DNA from: a virus
Lineage: Duplodnaviria; Caudoviricetes
Direction: 5' to 3' (one strand)
Virus record (IMG/VR): IMGVR_UViG_3300043078_000170
Length of the DNA stretch: 64,000 nt
In this document: one piece after another, positions 29,337 to 39,762 of the stretch
Numbering within the stretch: position 1 is the first letter of the stretch
Layout of the letters: each line of letters starts with the position of its first letter
Notes under the pieces: model-generated
Told to the model about the DNA's origin: nothing
The model's database searches: none
What the model saw: the letters and a program-made list of their open reading frames with translations, nothing else
Program-made: the position numbers and the translations under genes

Positions 29337-29414
29337 ATTATATATTTTTATAATTAATTTTTTTATATTAAAAATAACATTTATATAAATAATATAAAAA
29401 AGGAGCTGAAAATT

Positions 29415-29936
29415 ATGGAAGAAAATGCAATAGATATTAATGAAACAACTTCTAAAGAGAATAAAGAATTCGAACAACCAGATGTTGAAATTTTTGATAG
29501 CTTTGAAAATTTCGATGTTTTAACTGATTTAGTATTTGAAGGTAAAGAAGATGTTAATCTTAGAGATATTGATTATATGTGCAATTATATTTCTAAATAT
29601 GAAGGTTGTGAAAATTGTATACTAAATTCTGGAAGGGTATGTGGTTTTGCTCTTCTATTAAAGAAATTTGGTACGACTAGTAGTTTAAATAATAATATCT
29701 TAAATTGGCTTAATGATAATCCGCCGACAAGTTTCTTAATGGATATTAAAGAAAAAATGCCTAATGTAGATATTGATGATTATAATATACCAAATTTTTG
29801 TGTACAAAGTATTTATGGAAAAGATTGTTGTGAATGTCTTATAGAAGATTCTAGTAAATTTGATAAGAAAGATATTTTATGTAGAAAGTGTTGGAGAACA
29901 CCTATGGAAGAAGAAATTAGAAAAGATTATCATTAA
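29415..29936 (+). CDS. Cys-rich hypothetical protein
   Basis: CENC, CCEC, CRKCW motifs. Confidence 0.7.
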   Translation: MEENAIDINETTSKENKEFEQPDVEIFDSFENFDVLTDLVFEGKEDVNLRDIDYMCNYISKYEGCENCILNSGRVCGFALLLKKFGTTSSLNNNILNWLNDNPPTSFLMDIKEKMPNVDIDDYNIPNFCVQSIYGKDCCECLIEDSSKFDKKDILCRKCWRTPMEEEIRKDYH

Positions 29937-29978
29937 AAATAACTCTTAAGGAATATAATTTCCTTAAGAGTTTTATTA

Positions 29979-30641
29979 TCAAGAATTAGAATGAGTATGA
30001 TTAATATAATCACTAATAATAGTATCTACTGAAGAAGCTATCAATGAATCAATATATTCTTTAAGATTAGCATAACTAGATACTAAGTCTTCATCTAAGA
30101 AGTCCATAATATTTTCAATATTTTCTTCATCTGTGTCTAATCTTTCATTAATATCATCAATAGTACTAATTTTATTTTCTTTAAATTTATAAATCTTATT
30201 AGTATTCGTAACTGTTTTATCTTCATCTACTTCAATAATATCAGTTAATATTTCATTATTATTTTCTACTAAAGCTGAAGTATCTTCAATATTAAGATTT
30301 TCATCTAGATTTCTTAATAAAGCGTAATCGTGTGAAGACATTAATCCATTATCTGAAGCAGTTGATAAATCAGATTTACTTCTAGATTTTAAATAATTAT
30401 CGGTACTATTATAGAATATTTGTGTATCACCGCCATTATATCTTAATAATAATGCTCTATTAGCACTTGAAGTATCATTCATATTATCAACTACATATGC
30501 CACATAATTATCCGAATTTAATTCTAATGTTTGTATGGTATCTTCAAGATAATCATTAAAATCTTCAGGTGTTTTTGTAGTATCTGAAGTATTATCAGTT
30601 ATAATTCTAAATTCTAATTCAATTGAATTACTATCTGCCAT
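29979..30641 (-). CDS. putative baseplate/fibre-associated protein
   Basis: GLMS..D motif; C-terminal NHTH as in spike tips; downstream of gp5-like gene. Confidence 0.4.
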   Translation of the reverse strand: MADSNSIELEFRIITDNTSDTTKTPEDFNDYLEDTIQTLELNSDNYVAYVVDNMNDTSSANRALLLRYNGGDTQIFYNSTDNYLKSRSKSDLSTASDNGLMSSHDYALLRNLDENLNIEDTSALVENNNEILTDIIEVDEDKTVTNTNKIYKFKENKISTIDDINERLDTDEENIENIMDFLDEDLVSSYANLKEYIDSLIASSVDTIISDYINHTHSNS

Positions 30642-30654
30642 TTATATCATCTCC

Positions 30655-31194
30655 TTAATTATAAGACCATTTAATTTTAGTTGATACATTAACTTTAGAA
30701 GTATTTCTAGTATTATTTTCACTTTCAACTTTAATAGTAGTAACTCCATCAACTTTATTACTTTCAATTAATGCAATAGATTCTCCTTCAGTTAAGAATA
30801 ATACATTTTCATAAATACAATTATTAGGATTATCATTTAAAAATGATACTAATACTTTTTCACCAACATCTGGTACTACTTCTTTAATAAATTCTTCCTT
30901 AGTAGTAGTTGTAGTACTTCTATCTAGTAATACTCTAGCATATACATATTCTTGTTTATCTATTTTAGTAGTTAATTTTACATCATCATTTAATAAATGA
31001 CTTGTTGATATATCTACTGAGCTATCTATATTATTAATTGCAGGATTATACATATAACCAAATAATTCTGGAATAAATACTTTTATTTGTAAGGTATTTT
31101 CAAATTCTGAGTTATCTAATACATAACCTATATAATAACCACTAAAATTAAATCTATCTATAATTTTATTTTCAAATAAACTATAATTATTCAA
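30655..31194 (-). CDS. baseplate spike gp5/GpV OB-fold protein
   Basis: YIGYVLDN ... IKVFIPEL ... VPDVGEKVLVSFLNDNPNN; TTG 31194 favoured by SD. Confidence 0.7.
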   Translation of the reverse strand: MNNYSLFENKIIDRFNFSGYYIGYVLDNSEFENTLQIKVFIPELFGYMYNPAINNIDSSVDISTSHLLNDDVKLTTKIDKQEYVYARVLLDRSTTTTTKEEFIKEVVPDVGEKVLVSFLNDNPNNCIYENVLFLTEGESIALIESNKVDGVTTIKVESENNTRNTSKVNVSTKIKWSYN

Positions 31195-31243
31195 TAAAAT
31201 CACTCCTTTATAATGAAAAGTTTAAATAAGAATTTATTTAAAA

Positions 31244-31253
31244 TATATATTAT
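31244..31253 (+). promoter_or_regulatory. early-type phage promoter TATATATTAT
   Basis: upstream of helicase. Confidence 0.75.
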
Positions 31254-31316
31254 TTTATTGTATTTAAAAATAATTTTTAAATATAATAATTAATTATTAA
31301 AAGGAGGAAAAAAAAA

Positions 31317-32543
31317 ATGATATTAACTAACGAACAAGAAATAGCTATTGAAAAAGCTAAAAAATGGTATCTAAGTGATAATAGAAAACCATTTGTAATT
31401 ATGGGAGGTGCAGGAACTGGTAAAAGTACAATTGTTAAGTATATTATTGAATCAATTGGTATTGATAAAGAAGTTAATACTAAATATGTAACATATACAG
31501 GTAAAGCAGCTTCAGTATTAATCAAGAAAGGTAATAAAACTGCAACAACTATTCATAAACTCATTTATGATCCAATATTTGATAAAGATGGTAATGTAAT
31601 TGGTTTTGATTTAAAAGAATCTTTAGATGAATTTATTAAATTAATTATTGTAGATGAATTCTATATGGTTAATAATCAAATAATGAAAGATCTTTTATCA
31701 TTTGGTATTAAAATTATTTGTCTAGGTGATAATAATCAATTACCACCACCATTTGGAGAAGTAAATGAATTATGTCAAAATCCAGATGCTTTATTAACTG
31801 AACCATTGAGACAATCATTAGATAATCCAATTATTTATTTAGCAGAACAAGCTAGAAAACATAAATTCTTAAAAGTTGGTAATTATGGAGATGGTATTAA
31901 TGTAATTAGAAAATCAGATTTAGATTTAGAACGTTTAATGAATTGTGATCAAATAATTGCAGGTAAAAATGATACAGTTAAAAAACTTAATAGTTTTTAT
32001 AGAAATAATTTTAAAGGAATTAATAAAGATATTTGGATCCCTCAAAAAGGAGAAAAACTTATTTGCTTGAAGAATAATTGGAATTTAATTTGTAGTGAAG
32101 AAAAACTTCAAACTAACTTAGTAAATGGATTAGGAGTTATTTTAGAGGATGATTTAGAAGTTTATAATTCTACAAAACATGGTTTAGCAACAGTTAGACC
32201 AGATTTTTATAATGACCATGCATTTAAGAAAATTATTATTGATCTTCTTTATTTTGAATTTAATTTTAATAAAGAAGAAGATCTTTATAATTCTGATAAT
32301 ATTAAGAACTATAATTATGGTGAATACTTAAAGAAAAGAAAAATATTCTTTGATAATCAATTAAATAAGATTAATAAATTTACATTTGGATATGCAATAA
32401 CTTGTCATAAATCACAAGGTTCTGAATGGGATGATGTTTATTTTATTTTTGAGCCATTTAAAGGTTATAAAGATCCTTTATACTGGCAGATGCTATATAC
32501 AGGTATTACAAGAGCATCTAAAAAATTAACTGTTTGTATTTAA
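31317..32543 (+). CDS. Dda/RecD2-like SF1B helicase
   Basis: GGAGTGKS, VDE, GDNNQLPP, YAITCHKSQGSEW, LYTGITRA. Confidence 0.9.
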   Translation: MILTNEQEIAIEKAKKWYLSDNRKPFVIMGGAGTGKSTIVKYIIESIGIDKEVNTKYVTYTGKAASVLIKKGNKTATTIHKLIYDPIFDKDGNVIGFDLKESLDEFIKLIIVDEFYMVNNQIMKDLLSFGIKIICLGDNNQLPPPFGEVNELCQNPDALLTEPLRQSLDNPIIYLAEQARKHKFLKVGNYGDGINVIRKSDLDLERLMNCDQIIAGKNDTVKKLNSFYRNNFKGINKDIWIPQKGEKLICLKNNWNLICSEEKLQTNLVNGLGVILEDDLEVYNSTKHGLATVRPDFYNDHAFKKIIIDLLYFEFNFNKEEDLYNSDNIKNYNYGEYLKKRKIFFDNQLNKINKFTFGYAITCHKSQGSEWDDVYFIFEPFKGYKDPLYWQMLYTGITRASKKLTVCI

Positions 32544-32633
32544 TAAAAATTATTTATACCTTTAATACTTCGGTATTAAAGGTTTTATTTTAAAGGTAAC
32601 AATCAATTAAATTCCTAGGAGGTACAAGGAAAA

Positions 32634-33899
32634 ATGAAAACTATGCGTGAAACTTTAGATGACATTAAATCTGGCTCAACATCAGCTAGAAAGATAACAA
32701 ATATGAATAAAGGATTAAAAACAATGCAAAGTAGATCCAGTAATAAATTTAAAGGATTTACCATTGATTTGAACAATCCAACAAATGAAATGTTTAATGA
32801 TATTGATTCAATGATTAATGAATGGGAATTCAAGATTAAAGATGAATATGGTATCATTAATAAAAACTTCTTTGAAGATGGTAAAGGAAGATGTGAATTT
32901 TGTGGCAAAGTAGGTTGTAAATCATTATATAGAATTGTAAACCATAAAACTAATAAAAGTATGGAAATAGCATCACAATGTATTAAATTATATCAAATTC
33001 CAACTTATATTGATGGAGAACCAATTTCTATTGAAGAAGGTTTTGATTATATTAATAAACTTAATGATATTTCAAAAAGTGAATATGGTAAGTTATTTAC
33101 AATTTGTAATCAAAATAATTTAATAATTCTTAATAATAATCCTAAATACAAAGAAGAATATTTAAATTATCTTAAAGATTATGGAAGAATTATTTATAGC
33201 GTAATTGATAAAACTGAGAGAGAAGGTAAAATTCCAGATAAGGAAGAATTGAATGAAGTATTTGATGCTCATCACTCTTTTTATATTTTCTCAAAAGATA
33301 TGAATAATGAAGGATTAGTAACCTTCGTTCCAGGTGCTGCAGCAGTATTAAATAATACTTTTAAATATTCAGCAAAATTTAAAGTTATTTTAAATAATTT
33401 ATTAGCAGAATATTGTAGAAATAATACTGAAGATAAAAAGTTTAATTTCTATAATGCAGCTAAAAAAGCTTTTGATATAACTAAAGATTTTAATTGTTTC
33501 GATATTTATTCAATAGCTTCTGTAAGATTTTGGACTAAAGAAAGATTTGTTAAAGAATCTAATAGACCAAATATATTTGATTTAGTTGGTTTAATAGTAT
33601 TAATGCCAAATAATAAAAAAGAAGCAACTGATGTTTTTAAAATGTATAAATTCCCTCAAGAAGTTTTAGGAAAAACGACTCTTAAAGAATATGTTTCAAA
33701 GTATGTTGAATCATTATATAAAAATATCATTAAAAAGGATGATTTAAATGAATTTGATAAATTTATTATTATGATTCATGATGAAGTTATTGGAACTATC
33801 ATGCCTTCTTTCTTAAAAGATAGAGATGATAGAATTGAAAATAAAAATAATAAACCTAAGAAAAATATTCGTCATAAAAGTAGAAATAATTTAGTATAA
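32634..33899 (+). CDS. hypothetical protein with Zn-binding motif
   Basis: CEFCGKVGC ... IASQC. Confidence 0.7.
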   Translation: MKTMRETLDDIKSGSTSARKITNMNKGLKTMQSRSSNKFKGFTIDLNNPTNEMFNDIDSMINEWEFKIKDEYGIINKNFFEDGKGRCEFCGKVGCKSLYRIVNHKTNKSMEIASQCIKLYQIPTYIDGEPISIEEGFDYINKLNDISKSEYGKLFTICNQNNLIILNNNPKYKEEYLNYLKDYGRIIYSVIDKTEREGKIPDKEELNEVFDAHHSFYIFSKDMNNEGLVTFVPGAAAVLNNTFKYSAKFKVILNNLLAEYCRNNTEDKKFNFYNAAKKAFDITKDFNCFDIYSIASVRFWTKERFVKESNRPNIFDLVGLIVLMPNNKKEATDVFKMYKFPQEVLGKTTLKEYVSKYVESLYKNIIKKDDLNEFDKFIIMIHDEVIGTIMPSFLKDRDDRIENKNNKPKKNIRHKSRNNLV

Positions 33900-33916
33900 A
33901 AAAGGAGATTAATAAA

Positions 33917-34156
33917 ATGCTTAAGGTAATTTTAGTATTGTTAATTATTGCATTATTATATGCTTTAAATGGAATTAGAAAGAATATTAAGTATAATAAA
34001 GTTGTATCTGAATATAATAAAATCTTTGAAAAGTATGAAAAGCTTAAGAGAAGATATGAAGATAATGATGAAAGTGTTAAAGAAGAATTAGATGATCTCG
34101 AATTTAAGTTAAATGATCTTGAAGCTCAATTAAGAGTACTTGATTGTGGTTTTTAA
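33917..34156 (+). CDS. small membrane-anchored coiled-coil protein
   Basis: N-terminal hydrophobic helix, SD AAGGAG. Confidence 0.7.
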   Translation: MLKVILVLLIIALLYALNGIRKNIKYNKVVSEYNKIFEKYEKLKRRYEDNDESVKEELDDLEFKLNDLEAQLRVLDCGF

Positions 34157-34211
34157 TTAATTAGGGCTAAGTGAAATATTAATCAAATATTTTACTTAGC
34201 TCTTTTTTATT

Positions 34212-34221
34212 TATATATTAT
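34212..34221 (+). promoter_or_regulatory. early-type phage promoter TATATATTAT
   Basis: upstream of gyrB. Confidence 0.75.
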
Positions 34222-34265
34222 TTAAATGGTGTTAAAAACACTAATAAAATTCATTAAGGAGGATA

Positions 34266-36947
34266 ATGATGAATAAAAGTAATCATTACAATGAAAATTC
34301 AATTAAGGTTTATGAATATCCAGAAAATATTCAGAATAAACCAACTATGTACATCGGAAATATTGGAATGGAAGGTTGTACTCATTTAATTAGAGAATTA
34401 ATGGATAATTCTATTGATGAATGTTTAAATGGTTTTGGTAATAAAATTATTATTAAAATCTCTAATAAAAAAGGTTCTGCTTCAGTAGAAGATTTTGGTC
34501 GTGGTATTCCGCCTACAGCTATTGAAAAAGCATTTTGTACGCTCCATGCATCAGGTAAATTTGATAATAATGAATATTCAGCGTCTGCTGGTACAAATGG
34601 TGTAGGAACTACTGCAGTAAATGCACTATCAAAATCATTTATTGTAGAAAGTGTTAGAGAAAATAAACATTATATTCAGAAATTTAGTAATGGTCTTCCA
34701 ATTACTAAATTAAAATGCACTGGTGATTCAGATAAATCATCTGGTACTAAAGTTTATATTGAACCTAATAAAGATTTTATGGAAGAAGTTAATTTTGATT
34801 TTGAAACTATTAAATTTGAACTTGAAACTAAGAAATATGTCTTAAAGAATGTAGAATTCATTTTAATTAATGAAGATACTAATGAAGAATTTAAGTTTCT
34901 TTCAGCTAATGGTATTGATGATTATATTAAAGATAACATTAAAGAATCAATATGTAGAACTATTAAAATCTCAAATGATGTTGAATTTAATAAAAGAAAT
35001 AAAACATCTAAGTTTAATGTAGAATTAGCTTTTTCATATGATAAGAAATCACGTATTAATATTATTTCTTTTTGTAATTCATTATTAATGAGAGAAGGAG
35101 GTATTCAAGAAACAACTTTTAAAACTTCTCTAACAAGATTCTTTAAAAGCTATATAGAAAATAATAATCTATTAGCTAAAAAGGATGAAGGACTCTTAGA
35201 TAAAATTAATGGTGATCATGTAACTGATGGCTTAGTAGCTATTATTAGTATTAGACATCCTGATCCATTATTTGAAAATCAGACTAAGAATAAATTAAAG
35301 TCTAAAGAAATTGGATTAATTTCTAAACTTATTTCAGAAGCTCTTGATAATTTTGCTAGTTCTAACACAAAAGATATAAAGAATATTTGTAATAAAATTA
35401 TTATTAGCATTAAAGCTTATGAAGCAGCTAAAAAGGCTAGAGAGACCGTTCAGAAAAAAGGAGAAAATCAATTCGCTATTGTAAGTGATCTTTCTAAATT
35501 GGCTAATTGTATTTCAAAAGATACAGAAGTTAATGAAATATTTATTACTGAAGGACGTTCAGCATCTGGTACAGCAAAAGAAGCTAGAGATAAAAATACT
35601 CAAGCAGTTTATAGCTTAAGAGGTAAAATGCTTAATACTATTGGTATGGATACTTTAAAAGTTCTTGCTAATAAAGAATGTGCTGATTTAGCTTATATTT
35701 TAACAGGTATTAAAAATGCCATCGATGATAATTTTAATATTGACTATTTAAAATATGGAAAAGTTATAATGTTATGTGATGCAGATGTTGATGGATATCA
35801 TATTAGTATGCTTGGTCTAACTTATATATTTGAACATATGAGACCAATTATTACAGAAGGTCATATGTATATAGCTATTCCACCTTTATATTCTATTATT
35901 GAAAAAGGTAAGAAAAGATATTTTGTAGACCAGTATGAATATGACCAGTATATTTATGAAAAGATTCTTAAGAATTATAAATTCATTGAAAATAATAAGC
36001 CTGTTAAAACTATTAAGAAACTTACAAGAATATTTGAAGAATATGATAAGATTTCTAAATATATTGAAGAGATTGTCAATAATAATATTGGTGTTAGTAA
36101 GGAATTAATTTTTAGTCTTTTTAATTATTTATTAGATAATGATTATACTAAAGAAAATATTGTTAAATTTTTAAAAGGTTGTAATGATATTATTCTTAAT
36201 GATAAAAAGTATGAAGGATTCTTTAATGAAAATTATGTATATTTTACGTTAAATAATATTATTAGTATTTTTAATAATATCTTTAAATATGCTAATGATA
36301 ATAATATTTCATTCAGTGATATATATTATAATAATGATCAAAGTGATAATTATAATCCTTTTAATATCAGTGTTTATGATGAAATCATTTCAGCAGTAAC
36401 TCCTAAAAGCAGAGTTCGCTTAAAGGGTAAAACCTATGCCCCATATAATAGTAATATTATATAGAAAACTCTTCTAAACAGGGAAACTCTTAATATTATA
36501 AATTAAGACAATCCTGTGCTAATAAAAATGTGCAACGACTATCGAAACCATAGACTATTAAAAATAGTTGATGAAGGGAGTAGAGTACCTCCAAGTGGCA
36601 GGGAAATGAAGAGCTAGTCCTAATTGAAATATTAGGCAGATGATATAGTCTCAACGAGTTTGAAATAACTCCTTCTACTGTGAAATTCAGTAGTCGTCTA
36701 TAGTGATGTAGAGAAGTTCATAAGGGAACTGCATAAGATTAACGACCTTATGTGAAGGTAATTGTTAGGTGAAATGGATGCTAATGAATTAAGAGATACA
36801 ACACTTGATAAAGAAAAAAGAAATATTTATAAAATTGAAATTCCAGATGTTAAAAAAGCAGAGGAATCAATGAATAACTTTATGAATGGTAATTCTAAGT
36901 ATGTTGATTTTAGAAAGAATATACTTTTAACTAAACAGCCAAATTAA
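34266..36947 (+). CDS. gyrB: DNA gyrase/topoisomerase II subunit B, spliced (exons 34266-36428 and 36765-36947, 781 aa)
   Basis: ELMDNSIDE, DFGRGIP, HASGKF, EGRSA, LRGK, DADVDG; splicing restores RLKG|LGEMD. Confidence 0.93.
36429..36764 (+). mobile_element. group I intron (336 nt, ORF-less) in gyrB
   Basis: 5' exon ends in U and pairs GGGU/GCCC (P1); ACCTA pairs with 3' exon TAGGT (P10); P7 elements AACGACTA and GATATAGTC; terminal G. Confidence 0.92.
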
Positions 36948-36964
36948 GGAGGAAAATAAAATAA

Positions 36965-39466
36965 ATGGGAGTAATCAATATTAATTTAACAGATCTTCAA
37001 GAGGATTATATGATTAAATATATGAGATCTGTGTTAGAAGATAGAGCTATTGCAGATGTTAGGGATGGAATGAAGCCTATTCAAAGATATTGTGTTTGGG
37101 ATGAATATAATAATGGTTGTCTTCCTGATAAGCCACATGTAAAGTGTGCTATGACCGTAGGAAGCGTTATTGGTAAATGGAGTCCTCATGGTGATGCATC
37201 GGCTTATGGTGCATTAACTAGACTAGCACAAAACTTTTCAATTAATATTCCAATAATTGATGGACATGGAAATATGGGTAGTATTAATGGAGATTGTCCA
37301 GGTGCTTATAGATACTGTGAGTCGAGACTTTCAAAATATGGTTTATCATTATGTGATGATATTAATAATAATGCAGTAGATTTTGTTCCAAACTATTCTA
37401 ATATGTTTCAAGAACCAACTGTATTACCTGCAAAGGTTTGTAATCTTTTAATTCAAGGTTCTTTAGGTATTGCTAGTGGTTTTGTTTCTTCAATTCCACC
37501 TCATAATATTAATGATGTATGTAATGCTACTATAAAGCTTGTTAAAGAACCAGACACTGATGAGAATTATTTTGCAAGAACTCTTAAACCAGATTTTCCC
37601 ACAGGAGGTATTATATGTAATACTTCTGAAATTCAAAACGCTTATAAAACTGGTAAAGGTAATATTAAAATAAGATCTCATGTAGAAATTAAAACACATA
37701 AAAATGGAAGTAGCTCAATAATTATTAAAGATATTCCTTATCTTGTTACAATTGGTCCAAGAATTGTTCCAGGAGCTTCTAGCAATGATGATGGTGGTCT
37801 AATTAATAGTATTGTAAATAAAATTAAAGATAGTACTATTGATGGTATTTCTGATATTCAAGATCATTCTACTGGTATGGATATTAATATTGAGATAAAG
37901 ATTAAAAAGGATTATGACCCTAATGTAATTTTAGCTCAATTATATAAATATACTAAAATGGAATTCTCTTATAAGATTCAATTAGTTTGTCTTAATGATA
38001 AGAAGTATAGTTATTATTCAATTAAAAAAATTCTTGAAGAATTCATTGAATTTAGAAAGAAGACAATTAAAAGAGTAGTAGTATATAATATCAATAAACT
38101 TAAGAGACGTATTCATATCATTGATGGTCTTATTATGGCTTTGAATGTAATTGATGATGTTATCAAAATTATTAAAAAGTCTAAGGATAAAAATATTGCT
38201 AGAGATAGTCTTAAAAAGAAACTTCCTAAATTAACTTTATTCCAGATTGATGCTATTTTGGATATGAAACTATCTTCTTTAACTAATTTAGAGATTAATA
38301 AACTAGTTGATGAGAAAAATGAAAAAGAAAATAAAGTTAAAGAATTGATTGAAGATCTTAAAGAAGAAAATATCTGTAAAAGAATTATTGATGAACAAAA
38401 TGAATACAAAAAGAAGTATGGTTATCCATTAAGAACAGAATATCAAGATATTGATACTAATATTACTACTGAAGATATTATTGAAAAAGAAGATTGTGTT
38501 TTAGTATTAACTAATGATAATTATATTAAGAGACTTTCTGCTGATAAATTTAAAACACAAAAAAGAAATACACAAGGTAATAATATAACTAATAGCGTTA
38601 AAGATATATTCTCAACAAATACTAAAGATCATTTATTATGCTTTACAAATCTTGGAAGAGTATTTGATATTAAAGTATATAATATTAATGAAGGATCTAT
38701 TAAAAGTAAAGGTATGAGAATTCCACTAAATCTTAAACCAGATGAAAAAGTTATTAAATTCTTATGTCTAAGTGATGAAAAGATTTCTGATCCTAATTCT
38801 TATTTAATGTTTGTTACTAAAAATGGATTAGGTAAAAGAACTTCTCTAGAAGAATTTAAGAATATTAATAAAGCAGGAATTATTGCAATAGACCTCAAAG
38901 AAAATGATAAAATAGTATTTGTTGGTTATATTGACAATAATAAAGATATTCAAGATATTATTATAGCTACAGAAAATGGATTAACTGTAAGATATGATAA
39001 AGAACAATTTAAACCTATTGGAAGAACTACACAAGGTAATGTAGTTATGAAATTATTAGACGATGATCATATTGCAAGTGCTTGTATCATTGATGATGAA
39101 AATGATAAGATATTCTTTATAACACAGAATGGATTAGGTAAAACTACTTTGGTAACAGATAATGTTAAAAAGAAAGATCCTAATACTAAAAAAGAAGTAA
39201 TCATTAATGATGGTTTTCCAAGACTTAAAAGAAGTGCTACAATTAAAGGAAGAATTGGTATAACTCTTAAAAATGATAAACTAGTAGAAATTATTCCTAT
39301 TCATAATAATGATGATATTAAAGATATTATAATTACAACTAAACAAAAAGTTTTAACAATTAGCACTGAAGAATTCCTAGAGCCATTAAAAAGAGCTACT
39401 ATGGGTAAGAAATTAATTAATATTAAAGATGAAAATGATTTTATCGTTAATATTGCACTCAGATAA
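36965..39466 (+). CDS. gyrA: DNA gyrase/topoisomerase II subunit A with C-terminal pinwheel
   Basis: DVRDGMKPIQR, SPHGD, AYRYCESRL (active Tyr), PDFPTGG, CTD repeats. Confidence 0.95.
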   Translation: MGVININLTDLQEDYMIKYMRSVLEDRAIADVRDGMKPIQRYCVWDEYNNGCLPDKPHVKCAMTVGSVIGKWSPHGDASAYGALTRLAQNFSINIPIIDGHGNMGSINGDCPGAYRYCESRLSKYGLSLCDDINNNAVDFVPNYSNMFQEPTVLPAKVCNLLIQGSLGIASGFVSSIPPHNINDVCNATIKLVKEPDTDENYFARTLKPDFPTGGIICNTSEIQNAYKTGKGNIKIRSHVEIKTHKNGSSSIIIKDIPYLVTIGPRIVPGASSNDDGGLINSIVNKIKDSTIDGISDIQDHSTGMDINIEIKIKKDYDPNVILAQLYKYTKMEFSYKIQLVCLNDKKYSYYSIKKILEEFIEFRKKTIKRVVVYNINKLKRRIHIIDGLIMALNVIDDVIKIIKKSKDKNIARDSLKKKLPKLTLFQIDAILDMKLSSLTNLEINKLVDEKNEKENKVKELIEDLKEENICKRIIDEQNEYKKKYGYPLRTEYQDIDTNITTEDIIEKEDCVLVLTNDNYIKRLSADKFKTQKRNTQGNNITNSVKDIFSTNTKDHLLCFTNLGRVFDIKVYNINEGSIKSKGMRIPLNLKPDEKVIKFLCLSDEKISDPNSYLMFVTKNGLGKRTSLEEFKNINKAGIIAIDLKENDKIVFVGYIDNNKDIQDIIIATENGLTVRYDKEQFKPIGRTTQGNVVMKLLDDDHIASACIIDDENDKIFFITQNGLGKTTLVTDNVKKKDPNTKKEVIINDGFPRLKRSATIKGRIGITLKNDKLVEIIPIHNNDDIKDIIITTKQKVLTISTEEFLEPLKRATMGKKLINIKDENDFIVNIALR

Positions 39467-39479
39467 AGGAGAGATTAAT

Positions 39480-39644
39480 ATGAAATCTGTTGTTATTGTA
39501 AGATCTGAAGACACTAAAACAATTTATGGTGTTTTTGAAAATGATGAAAAAGCTGATGAGTATATTAAAGATTTAACTAAAAATAATCCAAATCTTTTTG
39601 ATGAAAATAATAGATTACAAAAGATGCACTGGTCTGTAAGATAA
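39480..39644 (+). CDS. small hypothetical protein (54 aa)
   Basis: SD AAAGGAG before ATG 39480. Confidence 0.65.
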   Translation: MKSVVIVRSEDTKTIYGVFENDEKADEYIKDLTKNNPNLFDENNRLQKMHWSVR

Positions 39645-39658
39645 AATTTTTATATGTT

Positions 39659-39751
39659 CCCTTAGTATATATTAAATATACTAAGGGAATATTTTTTTTT
39701 TGTAAAATATCGAAAAAAAAAATCCCTTAACTATTTTTAAATAGTTAAGGG
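39659..39751. terminator. two back-to-back terminator hairpins
   Basis: 39659-39687 and 39724-39751 inverted repeats with T and A runs between convergent units. Confidence 0.85.
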
Positions 39752-39762
39752 AAATTTATTAA

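Noticed and set aside
36762-36947. Independent 61-aa gene after gyrB
   Set aside because: No SD; it is exon 2 of gyrB, and its TTG spans the intron terminal G.
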